Source: Desulfatiglandales bacterium (GTDB taxonomy: Bacteria > Desulfobacterota > DSM-4660 > Desulfatiglandales > HGW-15). From it: a stretch of DNA of 64,000 bases. Both the position numbers and the translations under genes were made by a program. Position 1 is the stretch's first letter, and the number at the start of each line of letters is the position of its first letter. Shown here in pieces: positions 29,753-39,152 of this stretch. The stretch covers positions 1,440,001-1,504,000 of the forward strand of contig CAXXJJ010000001.1 in NCBI GenBank assembly GCA_963667015.2, given 5' to 3'. A model generated the notes under the pieces. It worked only from the letters and a program-made list of their open reading frames with translations. It was not told the origin of the DNA and ran no database searches.

Positions 29753-30066
29753 TGTACAGGCCTGTCTTATATTTTAGCGGTAGCTTATACTTATAAAAGT
29801 TGATTTGTCATTACCTCTAAACCTAATAGATAATGCAGCTGGGAAATCAGTGAATATTGCCTTAAAGACCCTTTACTGTATATAATTGAAGCTAAAATAG
29901 CAATATACTGTAGAAATGAACTGATTAAAGAAATTAAAAATACTCATTTTTGATGTAAGTCAACGACAACAGATCGCTTATTCTGATATAAAATAAAGAA
30001 AATCAGGAATACTGTTCCTCTCAATGGGGATGGGACAGATCATGTGGAATAAAGGAGGTAAAAAAG

Positions 30067-30444
30067 ATGGGGCTAACACAGATAGAAAAAAGTACTGAAG
30101 ATGCAAATTCCGGAAAAGGGAAATCAAAGTTACAACCGGGGGAAGCCTTTGAGCTTGCCAGGCTGGTCAACTATGGAGATGATTCTATTGTAAGCCGTAC
30201 ACTGGTTAACAATAATGCCGGAACCATTACCCTTTTTGCCTTTGATGAAGGGCAGGGTCTCAGCGAACATACTGCACCCTTTGATGCCCTGGTCCACATT
30301 GTGGAGGGCGAGAGCGAGGTTATTATAGATGGAAAGTCAAACAGGATTTCTGAGGGGCAGATTATTCTGATGCCGGCGAATGTCCCCCACGCGTTGAATG
30401 CAGCCAAACCTTTTAAAATGATGCTGACAATGCTGCGTAAATAG
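30067..30444 (+). CDS. Cupin-domain protein
   Basis: GQGLSEHTAPFDA, MPANVPHAL. Confidence 0.9.
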   Translation: MGLTQIEKSTEDANSGKGKSKLQPGEAFELARLVNYGDDSIVSRTLVNNNAGTITLFAFDEGQGLSEHTAPFDALVHIVEGESEVIIDGKSNRISEGQIILMPANVPHALNAAKPFKMMLTMLRK

Positions 30445-30499
30445 ATAATGTTTAAGTGATGTGCAATTTAAGGTGGCCATTCTTTATATTTCTCTGCAT

Positions 30500-30528
30500 T
30501 TGACATTAATGAACGGCATGACTATAGT
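30500..30528 (+). promoter_or_regulatory. Sigma70 promoter
   Basis: TTGACA-17 nt-TATAGT. Confidence 0.65.
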
Positions 30529-30588
30529 GTCCAAACGATTATTAATATTTAAAAATATTAGATAAAATTTCGAGAACTTTAACTCTAG

Positions 30589-30624
30589 GCCATGGGATTT
30601 TATTGGATCCTGTGGCTTTTTTTT
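30589..30624 (+). terminator. Leader terminator/attenuator before radical SAM gene
   Basis: GCCATGGGAT/ATCCTGTGGC stem + T8, ending 15 nt before GTG 30640. Confidence 0.6.
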
Positions 30625-30639
30625 ATTTGGAGACAACCC

Positions 30640-32310
30640 GTGAAATTACTTCTTACTTCAGTATTCGGGCCATATGCGGTAGATGACAAATATGGTGTAA
30701 AAGAAAACAAAATGGAGCTGTTCCATAACCAGGTAACAAGGGAGCAGGGCATTTTTTCCTATCGTTTTAACCATAGAAGTCAGGGATTGTACTTCCTTGC
30801 AGAAAATATTGATATGCCTGCCACGGTTCTGGATTTTCCCGGTCTCAAGCGCTTCAGGCAGGAACTGAAAAAGGGGTATGACTATATAGGAATAAGTTTT
30901 ATTATCCCTAACTTCAAAAAGGCAAGGGAGATGGCAAGGCTTATCCGCAAACTGTCGCCTGAGTCAAAAATTATCCTTGGAGGTCATGGTGTAAATATAC
31001 CCGGCATAGAAACCATGATAGATAACGATTATATATGCAAAGGTGAAGGGGTATATTTTCTGAGAAAACTTTTTGGGGAAAAAGTTGACAGGCCGATAAA
31101 GCACCCGCTGGGTTACAGCTCATTCAACCGGCAGGTCATGGGCGTTCCATGGGCATCCGATTCAGGAATACTTATTACAGGAGTGGGCTGCCCCAATAAA
31201 TGCAGGTTCTGCGCCACATCACATTTTTTTGGGGATTACATTCCCTATTTGAAAAGCGGCCGGGAGATATATGACCTTTGCTGTCAGTATGAGGATGAAA
31301 AAGGGATTACAGATTTTGGCGTCCTGGATGAAAACTTTCTCAAAATGAAAAGCCGGGCCATGGAGTTGCTCGAATTAATGGAGAGTAATAACCGTTACTT
31401 TACATTCGCAATATTCAGCTCGGCCGAAACAATCGGAGAGCTTGATGATCTTGATATACTGGTCAGGATGGGGGTCAATTTCATATGGATCGGTGTTGAA
31501 TCACAGCAGGAGATATACACAAAAAACAAGGGAGTTGATTTTCCTACACTTATAGGGGAATTGAGAAAAAGAGGCATCAGCATTCTTGCATCATCCATCC
31601 TGTTTCTTGAGCAACACGACAAAAAGACGATATGGGAAGATGTTGATTTCGTCACCTCACTTGATCCTGACTATCTACAGTTTGCGTCTCTCGGACCCAT
31701 ACCCGGAACAAAGCTGTACAGCGACTATGAGGCCGAAGGTAAATTAATCCCTGAAATACCCTATGAGTCCCAGCACGGGCAGGGAGAAATATGGTTCAGT
31801 CATGAGCACTTTACAAGGGACGAATCAAGGGAGTTTTTAAGGCTGGCGTTTGAGATAGACTATAACAGGAATGGCGCATCCATGCTCAGGGCGATTAAAA
31901 CGGCATTAATGGGGTACAAATATTGTAATGAACACAAGGATGAAAAGATCAGCAGACATAAGGCCTCAATGGAAAAGAGACTCAAAATGATGAGGTATTT
32001 TCTTGCAGCATCAACGATTTTTGTCCAGAACCGGAAGAGCGAATACCTGCTGAGAGAGATTAAGGATCTTTATCGATTATATTTCGGCAGGCCGGGAATT
32101 TCGGTCTTTGCGGCGTCATCACTGGTTATTCTATTAAGTCTCAAAGAGTATCTGCGGTGCCGGATTTCAGGTGATACAAGAAACCCGAAAACATCATGTC
32201 TTGTTTATAATGAAAATAAAATAAGCCCTGATCCATCTGACAGGAAAAAAGAAATAGCCGGTGCACCTTCAAAAATACTGCATGGAGCTTCGGGACAGGC
32301 AGGTCAGTAA
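30640..32310 (+). CDS. B12-binding domain radical SAM protein (copy 1)
   Basis: YIGISF, IILGGHG, GEG; CPNKCRFC; GTG start with GGAGA RBS matches the paralogue start. Confidence 0.88.
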   Translation: MKLLLTSVFGPYAVDDKYGVKENKMELFHNQVTREQGIFSYRFNHRSQGLYFLAENIDMPATVLDFPGLKRFRQELKKGYDYIGISFIIPNFKKAREMARLIRKLSPESKIILGGHGVNIPGIETMIDNDYICKGEGVYFLRKLFGEKVDRPIKHPLGYSSFNRQVMGVPWASDSGILITGVGCPNKCRFCATSHFFGDYIPYLKSGREIYDLCCQYEDEKGITDFGVLDENFLKMKSRAMELLELMESNNRYFTFAIFSSAETIGELDDLDILVRMGVNFIWIGVESQQEIYTKNKGVDFPTLIGELRKRGISILASSILFLEQHDKKTIWEDVDFVTSLDPDYLQFASLGPIPGTKLYSDYEAEGKLIPEIPYESQHGQGEIWFSHEHFTRDESREFLRLAFEIDYNRNGASMLRAIKTALMGYKYCNEHKDEKISRHKASMEKRLKMMRYFLAASTIFVQNRKSEYLLREIKDLYRLYFGRPGISVFAASSLVILLSLKEYLRCRISGDTRNPKTSCLVYNENKISPDPSDRKKEIAGAPSKILHGASGQAGQ

Positions 32311-32384
32311 TATAAAAAGGGCCGGTGGTATTCTTCTTGATAATATTAAAAACCTGCATGGTTAATGTTCAGTAAAAATGTCTT

Positions 32385-32630
32385 CTACCGTTCGCACACA
32401 AGTGTTCTTAGCTTGTCAGAAAAAAGTACATCTATTTTTTTATAATCACTGTCGATTACCACACCTTGTCCAAATGTGTCATGATCAATAATATCATCCT
32501 TCTTAAAGGACCCGCTCATTTTATAATGCAAAGGTGTTTTTTCTTTTAATTTATCAATAAGCTTTTGAAGTTTTTTTGCCGGATCCATGGGTTTTCTGGT
32601 TTTTACAGTTGTTTTGATCTCTTTTTTCAT
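32385..32630 (-). CDS. Hypothetical protein with Tudor/SH3-like C-terminus
   Basis: FKKDDIIDHDTFGQGVV..KIDVLF; GGAGAG RBS before ATG 32630. Confidence 0.65.
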   Translation of the reverse strand: MKKEIKTTVKTRKPMDPAKKLQKLIDKLKEKTPLHYKMSGSFKKDDIIDHDTFGQGVVIDSDYKKIDVLFSDKLRTLVCER

Positions 32631-33104
32631 TGTTCTCTCCGGATTTAATAAGGTTAACGCCAATAATTATTTGTATGAAAATCCTATCTTCCATGGATAA
32701 AAAGAAGATAAAGATATTCAAATCTCAGCCGGAAGAAATGGAAGTAATTATTATTGAATGGCAATAAACAGGTTGGTGTGGGTCAGGGTATGCCTTCCTA
32801 ATATCCCTTTAATTCCAGTTGTATGAAATTGATCAATCAATTAAAAATAAGTGCAATATTATTTAATATTGTTTAATAAATATTATATGCATCAAAATAG
32901 ACATAAATTGATTATAAATATAATTTTAGTTAAATATTGCATGTGAGTCAAGTTTTTAATTTTTTAAAATAAACTTTAATTTTAAATTGTCTAAAATAAG
33001 TAAAAGATAATAAATAAAAATAAATTTAATTAATGAAATATCTTGATTTATCTTATGATGTGAGATATATTACGCAAATCAATAGTGGTCCTGTTTTATT
33101 TTGG

Positions 33105-33191
33105 GCCTGTTTCGTTCATAGGGTAGGACTGTGAAAAGTGGCATCCTTTGTATAGAAACTTGAAATTTATTTTCGGAAGGAGGGTGTCATT
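33105..33191 (+). promoter_or_regulatory. Conserved csp 5' UTR with SD-sequestering helix (copy 1)
   Basis: 87 nt alignable with 35201-35287; 33137-33149 pairs with 33179-33191. Confidence 0.7.
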
Positions 33192-33392
33192 ATGAAAAAT
33201 GGTACAGTTAAATGGTTTAATGATCAAAAAGGCTTTGGTTTTATCGGTCAGGAAAATGGTCCGGATGTATTTGTACATCACTCAGGGATAGCATCTGATG
33301 GATTCAAAAGTCTTGATGAAGGTGCAGAAGTCGTTTTTGAAATAGAAGACGGTCCAAAAGGCCCATCTGCTAAAAATGTAAAATTGATCTAA
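33192..33392 (+). CDS. Cold-shock protein (copy 1)
   Basis: GTVKWFN, KGFGFI, DVFVH. Confidence 0.97.
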   Translation: MKNGTVKWFNDQKGFGFIGQENGPDVFVHHSGIASDGFKSLDEGAEVVFEIEDGPKGPSAKNVKLI

Positions 33393-33413
33393 GTTCTCTT
33401 TATACTTGAAACT

Positions 33414-33453
33414 AAAGGGCGTTCCATAATGCAAATGAGACGCCCTTTTTTTT
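33414..33453 (+). terminator. Intrinsic terminator of csp copy 1
   Basis: AAAGGGCGTT/GACGCCCTTT + T-tract. Confidence 0.8.
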
Positions 33454-33507
33454 GAGAATAATATGAAGCCGGATCAGCTTAAAGTAAAATGAGAAAGGAG
33501 GAAATCC

Positions 33508-33696
33508 ATGAGTTATATAAATTATCGCAAAAAAGTAGCCACATGTGAGATTTGTGATGAAACTATATATGAAGGACAGGGTAACGTAACCATGATGGGT
33601 TTTAACGGAAATCATTCTGTTCATGTTATACATGTACAGGATGATTGCGAATTATATCGTATCTGGCGTAACAATCTTATGCAAAAATCCGCATAA
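33508..33696 (+). CDS. Small Cys/His hypothetical protein
   Basis: AAGGAGGA RBS; CEIC..H..C. Confidence 0.6.
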   Translation: MSYINYRKKVATCEICDETIYEGQGNVTMMGFNGNHSVHVIHVQDDCELYRIWRNNLMQKSA

Positions 33697-33796
33697 TTTT
33701 CTTTTTGTTTTGCTGGGGGCCTTGAAGCCTCTGGCCGGTTCCTGCAGTATTTTTCCATCGAATATAAAAATCTTATATCTTTTTAAGGCTTCAAAT

Positions 33797-34471
33797 TTAA
33801 TCTGCAATATACTGGTGTGATTCTCTGTTGTAACGTAAAATCTGTCCCCGAAAGGGCTGTATCAGATATTCTGTGTTATCAGGCCTGCTCTGACTGTGGG
33901 AATAACCCAGTTTTACCATTATCTTACTGAACTGAGCATGGTTTCCCCGTCCCGGGTCAACCAGTACTACTTCACAGGAGGCCTTTGCATGCTGATCGAT
34001 AAAGCCGGATAAGATTGTCGCATGGTTTCTTTCATACAGGAGATCACTTCCGATAATGAGATCAAACATGCCCAGAAAACTGTCTTCATCTTCCCAGCCG
34101 GTTCGTATGAATGGAATCCTGTTCCCGTGATTGAGTTTTGTATTTTCTACGAGAAAACTCCCTGCTTCAGGATGGTAATCTGTAGCAGTAATATCAGCAA
34201 GGCGGTTATTTAATAGTAAACTGGCCAGGCCGATTCCACAGCCTACTTCAAGTATCCTTTTTCCGAAGATATCAAAATCATATATGAAATGGGCCAGAAC
34301 CAGGCTCGAATCCCAGATAACTCCAAAAAAGGGCCATGTGGCTGATGAAATCCCCAGCTTTTCAGCCGCACCGTCATCATCACAGTATTGCTGATTATCT
34401 CGCAGGGTTCTTACATGAATATCTGTATTCTCAAACTCAATGGTCTGATAGCGTACTCGTAATGGCGGCAT
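33797..34471 (-). CDS. SAM methyltransferase, protein-lysine MTase-like (METTL21 type)
   Basis: WP.FGVIWDSS, ILEVGCGIG, TDY, IIGSDLLYE. Confidence 0.85.
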   Translation of the reverse strand: MPPLRVRYQTIEFENTDIHVRTLRDNQQYCDDDGAAEKLGISSATWPFFGVIWDSSLVLAHFIYDFDIFGKRILEVGCGIGLASLLLNNRLADITATDYHPEAGSFLVENTKLNHGNRIPFIRTGWEDEDSFLGMFDLIIGSDLLYERNHATILSGFIDQHAKASCEVVLVDPGRGNHAQFSKIMVKLGYSHSQSRPDNTEYLIQPFRGQILRYNRESHQYIAD

Positions 34472-34616
34472 TTTGTTAACTCTCTTGTTCCTTAATTAAT
34501 TTCAGGGAAGGGTTTTAGATGATTCCGGATAACTGATCTGTTTCCTCATAAGTTTATGATTGTTCAGACCGCTGAAAGCTTCATTTATAAATTTTCTCTT
34601 GACCGATGAATACCGC

Positions 34617-34781
34617 TTAATTTTCATCCAGATTTCCGGTTCTGCCGTCATCACATGGTTCATCCTTATCATGTGCCCTTGAATGTTCCGGATCAGGTGC
34701 TTTCATGCAAAAGGGTAAGTTTTTTTCGGTTTCTTCTACTTTAACCTTTTTTCCAGGTTTCTTGGATTTTTTGCTGTCCAT
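34617..34781 (-). CDS. Small hypothetical protein
   Basis: AAGGAGAG RBS before ATG 34781; PFC..APDPEH.R...EPCDDGR. Confidence 0.6.
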   Translation of the reverse strand: MDSKKSKKPGKKVKVEETEKNLPFCMKAPDPEHSRAHDKDEPCDDGRTGNLDEN

Positions 34782-35200
34782 GATTCTCTCCTTCTTCTTA
34801 TGTCTCCAAGGTAAGTCTCTATTCTCTGATAGCAAATTATATTATTTTCTGGTGGCTGTATAAGGTATTTGAGGGTACAGGTTATGTCTAAATTGTTGAG
34901 CGGCATTCCTCTTCATTTCGAGGTGGCCGCTCAAAGCTTCACGTTAATTTTTTTGATGGTTTAAGGAGTTAATGGTTAAATTAAAAGTTAATAGAGTGTA
35001 AAAATAATAATAAAAATATATTTGAACTAAAAAAAATATTTATGACATAAAATAATTATAATTAACAATTTTAAGTTAAAAATTAAATATGTTATATAAA
35101 AAATAAAAAGTAATATTAATTTTTATTAAAAAAATATCTTGATTTACTATTTTAGTTAAGTTAATCTATTTTTTATCAAAAAAGGTCTGTAACATTACAT

Positions 35201-35287
35201 GCCTGTTTCGTTCAGAAGGAATAGGCTTTTAAAGTGACATCCTTTTTATAGCAACTTGAAATTTAATTTTAGAAGGAGGATGTCACT
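35201..35287 (+). promoter_or_regulatory. Conserved csp 5' UTR with SD-sequestering helix (copy 2)
   Basis: 35233-35245 pairs with 35275-35287. Confidence 0.7.
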
Positions 35288-35488
35288 ATGAGTAGTGGTA
35301 TTGTAAAATGGTTTAATGACAGAAAAGGTTTTGGTTTTATCGAACAGGATGATGGAACTGATGTATTTGTTCATCATTCGGGTATTGCATCTGACGGGTT
35401 CAAGAGCCTGGAGGAAGGTGCTCGTGTAACGTTTGATGTTGAAAATGGTCCAAAAGGTCTGTCAGCAAAAAATGTAAAATCGTTCTAA
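35288..35488 (+). CDS. Cold-shock protein (copy 2)
   Basis: GIVKWFN, KGFGFI, DVFVH. Confidence 0.97.
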   Translation: MSSGIVKWFNDRKGFGFIEQDDGTDVFVHHSGIASDGFKSLEEGARVTFDVENGPKGLSAKNVKSF

Positions 35489-35509
35489 GATCTCTGCATC
35501 TTTGATGAT

Positions 35510-35550
35510 AATGGGCGTTTCATATAATATATGAAACGCCCATTTTTTTT
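35510..35550 (+). terminator. Intrinsic terminator of csp copy 2
   Basis: AATGGGCGTTTCATAT/ATATGAAACGCCCATT + T-tract. Confidence 0.85.
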
Positions 35551-35670
35551 GCAGGTGGCATTCAATCCTCTGGCCGCTCCCAGCAGTTCTTATCCGATTA
35601 AATCGAAGTTTCATTTTTTTCCTGTGGACACTAACTAACCATAATTGGATAAAACCTTCACGGATCATTA

Positions 35671-35750
35671 TCTCCATCCTCCACGCCGTTTCCTATGAAT
35701 GGAATGGTATTCCCGTGATTGAGTTTTGTATGTTCCATGAAAAACTCTGC
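35671..35750 (-). pseudogene. Remnant of a second copy of the 33797-34471 methyltransferase
   Basis: 22-nt identity TTCCCGTGATTGAGTTTTGTAT (35710-35731 vs 34122-34143) plus flanking similarity. Confidence 0.75.
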
Positions 35751-35865
35751 AGGCAGGTTTTACATTAGTTTTACAAAACAATCCTTTATTCTGTTGTATA
35801 ATACCAATTATACAAGGGAAGAATTTTATCTATAAACAACAAATAAGAAAGTGCATGGAGATTTC

Positions 35866-37537
35866 ATGAAATTATTACTAACTTCTGTTTTTGGTCCATA
35901 TGGGGTTGATGATGAATATGGCGAAAAAGAAAACAAGATGGAGCTATTTCACAATCAGGTGACCAGGGAACAGGGAATCTTTTCCTACAGGTTCAATCAT
36001 GGAAGTCAGGGGCTTTATTTTCTGGCTGAAAATGTTGATATGCCAACAGCAATACTGGATTTTCCAACCTTTAAGCGTTTTAAACAGGAACTGAAAAAGG
36101 GATATGATTACATCGGAATCAGTTTTATTATCCCCAATTTTAAAAAAGCAAAGGCAATGGCAGAGGCGATTCGTGAATTGTCGCCCGGGACAAAGATTAT
36201 TCTGGGCGGACATGGAGTTAATATCCCTGACATCGATTCACTGATTGATTATGATTACCTCTGTAAAGGTGAAGGAGTTTATTTTTTACGAAAGCTTTTC
36301 GGGGAAAAGGTGGATAAACCTATCAAACACCCTCTCCAGTACAGTTCTTTCAACAGGCAGGTAATGGGTACGCCCTGGGCCTCCGATTCGGGAATACTTA
36401 TTACTGGCGTGGGCTGTCCCAATAAATGCCGCTTCTGTGCCACATCACATTTCTTTGATGGCTATATCCCCTACCTGAAAACCGGAAAGGAGATTTTTGA
36501 TGTCTGCTGCCGGTATGAAGATGAAATGAATATAACGGAATTCGGGGTACTTGATGAAAATTTTTTAAAGAGTAAGGACCGGGCCCTGGAACTCCTCGAA
36601 CTGATGGAAAAGTATAATCGCCAGTTTAACTTCGCCATCTTCAGTTCTGCGGAAACACTGAAGGAAATAGGCGATCTGGATATCCTTGTACGCATGGGTA
36701 TAACATTTATCTGGATTGGTGTTGAATCAAAAAAAGAGCTCTACGCAAAGAACAAGGGTACAGATTTTCAGGATCTTTTCTCTGAATTAAAGAAAAGGGG
36801 TATCAGTGTTCTGGCGTCATTGATAATGTTTTTTGAGGATCATGATAAAAAAAACATCTGGGAAGATGTGGACTTTGTGACCTCCCTGAACCCCGATTAC
36901 CTGCAATTTTCGCCCCTCGGCCCTATCCCGGGGACCCAGTTGTATGATGATTATGATAAACAGGATAAGCTGATCAGGGATGTCCCCTACGCGGCCCAGC
37001 ATGGGCAGGGAAAGATATGGTTTAATCATGACAACTTTAAAAGGGATGAAACTGATACCCTGTTGCGGCTTGCATTTGAGATAGACTACAACCGGAACGG
37101 CGCTTCAATGCTACGTGCAATTGAAACAACTCTGAAGTGGTTATCAGTACTGCAAAGAACATACGGATAGAAGAATTGTAAGCCGAGTGAAAAATTTTGA
37201 AAAGAGACTTAATATGATGAGATATTTTCTGCCGGCATCGACCCTCTTCGTGCAGAACAGGCAGAGTGAAATCCTGTTGAAGGAAATAAAAAAGTCGTAC
37301 CGTTCCCTGTTCGGAAGGATGGGCGCTGTTTCCGGGGCAGCTTCTTTGCTGGTTCTATTCTTCAGCGTCAAAGAATATCTGCGATGCAGAATATTCGGGG
37401 ATCTCAGGGTGCCTAAAACATCATACCTGCCGTTGAGCAGGGCCCTGAGACGTGAAGAAAAACTGGTCAAATCCTCAAACATCCTGAAGGATGCGCTGGA
37501 AGTCCCCTGTAAATTATCCAAACCAACAGAGGTATAA
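35866..37537 (+). pseudogene. B12-binding radical SAM protein (copy 2), single-base frameshift near 37135
   Basis: ORFs ending 37170 and 37537 together align colinearly with copy 1; removing one base restores TTLSGYQYCKEH. Confidence 0.85.
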
Positions 37538-37595
37538 CCGGCTTTGTTGACTCAGCGTATAATTTTTCCCTTATTTAAAACCGGATTCCCATGCA

Positions 37596-37618
37596 AAAAC
37601 CTCCCATTGCGGGAGGGG
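37596..37618 (-). terminator. Intrinsic terminator
   Basis: CCTCCC/GGGAGG stem + T5 on minus strand after the 37627 stop. Confidence 0.55.
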
Positions 37619-37626
37619 CAATGTTT

Positions 37627-37857
37627 TTACTCCCGGCCGCCCAGGGTCCATATCTCACGCCCGGTCTTCAGGATCTTCCTGTTGATCTTCGCATCGTAAA
37701 CCCCCTCGGCCTCAGCGATTGAGAGCAGCTCATTGACGTCATCAGGACTTCCGTCGCAGTACCCGATGGGACGGGGGTTGTCGGGTTGATTGAGTTGAAC
37801 CTTTAACTCGCCGCGGTCCCAGCGTTTCTGTGTAGAATTGTCATATGGATGAATCAT
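37627..37857 (-). CDS. Small hypothetical protein
   Basis: Protein-like composition, AAGGA RBS, own terminator. Confidence 0.7.
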   Translation of the reverse strand: MIHPYDNSTQKRWDRGELKVQLNQPDNPRPIGYCDGSPDDVNELLSIAEAEGVYDAKINRKILKTGREIWTLGGRE

Positions 37858-38072
37858 ATGGTTGAAGTATCCTTTGTTAAAAAGGTGGAAGGTTCTCTGA
37901 ATTGTAAGTGATCAATAAACCGCATTTTCTTACAGGATATAAAAATATGTCAACATTACTCTATGCACAATGTTCTGCGAATCTTATAGCCGTAGCGGTT
38001 CAGGTATGCAATAATAAAAAAATTAAATGGATTTCGGACAGGAAATTAAATTAATGCAGAATTCATTACATC

Positions 38073-38645
38073 ATGCATGACATGATACTGACTATACTGG
38101 CAACCATCTCTATTTTTGTGGCCGCCTATATACTCCTGATTCCTGTAGTTATCACTTTTAGTCTGGACAGCTCATTATCAAGAAATTTACGGATTGAAAT
38201 CTTTCCATTTAAACTAAGAATCGAAAAATTAAGAAAAACAGTAGAATTGAAAAAAATTGATTTTGCTTTTCTGCTGTTGAGTGAATATGCCGCTGTAAAA
38301 CAGATTTTATATTTTTGTTTCAGGTTTATTAAAACATTAACAGTATCAAAACATCATTATATATATATGTCCCTTAAAGGTGGGTTCGGCTCACCTGACA
38401 TAACGGGTGTAGTATTAGGCGCAATTGAAACAGTCAGACCGGCTTTCGGAAAAAACACCAGGATTGTATATTATCCCGATATGATATCCCCGTCCATAAA
38501 CGTCAAATTAAATGCTCAATCAAAGATTTGTATTTACTACCTGTTGCTGGAAACGCTGCCTTTAATATTCAGATTGCCGGTGTTAAAAATTGTAAGAATA
38601 TTCATAAAAATTAAAAAAGGAGAATATGATGTCCGCACAACTTAA
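38073..38645 (+). CDS. DUF2953/YtfI-like membrane protein
   Basis: N-terminal TM; GFGSPDITGVVLG; adjacent to ytfJ-like gene. Confidence 0.65.
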   Translation: MHDMILTILATISIFVAAYILLIPVVITFSLDSSLSRNLRIEIFPFKLRIEKLRKTVELKKIDFAFLLLSEYAAVKQILYFCFRFIKTLTVSKHHYIYMSLKGGFGSPDITGVVLGAIETVRPAFGKNTRIVYYPDMISPSINVKLNAQSKICIYYLLLETLPLIFRLPVLKIVRIFIKIKKGEYDVRTT

Positions 38646-39006
38646 AGAAACCCTTTCTTCAATAATAACGGAACTCAAGGAAATAGCATCTACAAAAACC
38701 GTGGTTGGAGAGCCAATAGCCCTTGGCAGCAAGATGGTGGTGCCTGTGTCACGAATAATGGTAGGATTTGGTGTTGGTGGAGGAGAGGGCGAAGAGAACG
38801 ACAAGCGGGGCGGTTTTGCCGGCGGCGGTGCAGGCGGGGCAAGGATAGAGCCGATGGGATTTATTTTAATTGATGAAGATAAAATCTCCTTCCTGCCAAC
38901 TAAACCCGGCAGATTTGAAGGGATGATTGATTCTATCCCCGGAATTGTCGAAAAATTCAGGCGCACAAAACCTGATAAAAAAGAAACTGGCAAAGAGAAT
39001 AAATAG
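38626..39006 (+). CDS. YtfJ/GerW-family protein
   Basis: TVVGEPI, VPVSRIMVGFGVGGG, GGGAGGARIEPMGF. Confidence 0.9.
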   Translation: MMSAQLKETLSSIITELKEIASTKTVVGEPIALGSKMVVPVSRIMVGFGVGGGEGEENDKRGGFAGGGAGGARIEPMGFILIDEDKISFLPTKPGRFEGMIDSIPGIVEKFRRTKPDKKETGKENK

Positions 39007-39152
39007 TAACCGGCGTCCATCCGGAAAGCGGAAAGAGGGTTGCCTGTGCTTTTATGCATTTATAATTTACTTGCCACCTGTTTTTTCATAGGCCTGTTGT
39101 AAAAAAATAAAAGCATTACCGGATCGGCCAAACAGCTTTTACAGCTGCTGCA

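Noticed and set aside
37125..37145. Programmed frameshift
   Set aside because: No slippery sequence or stimulatory structure; the paralogue is continuous
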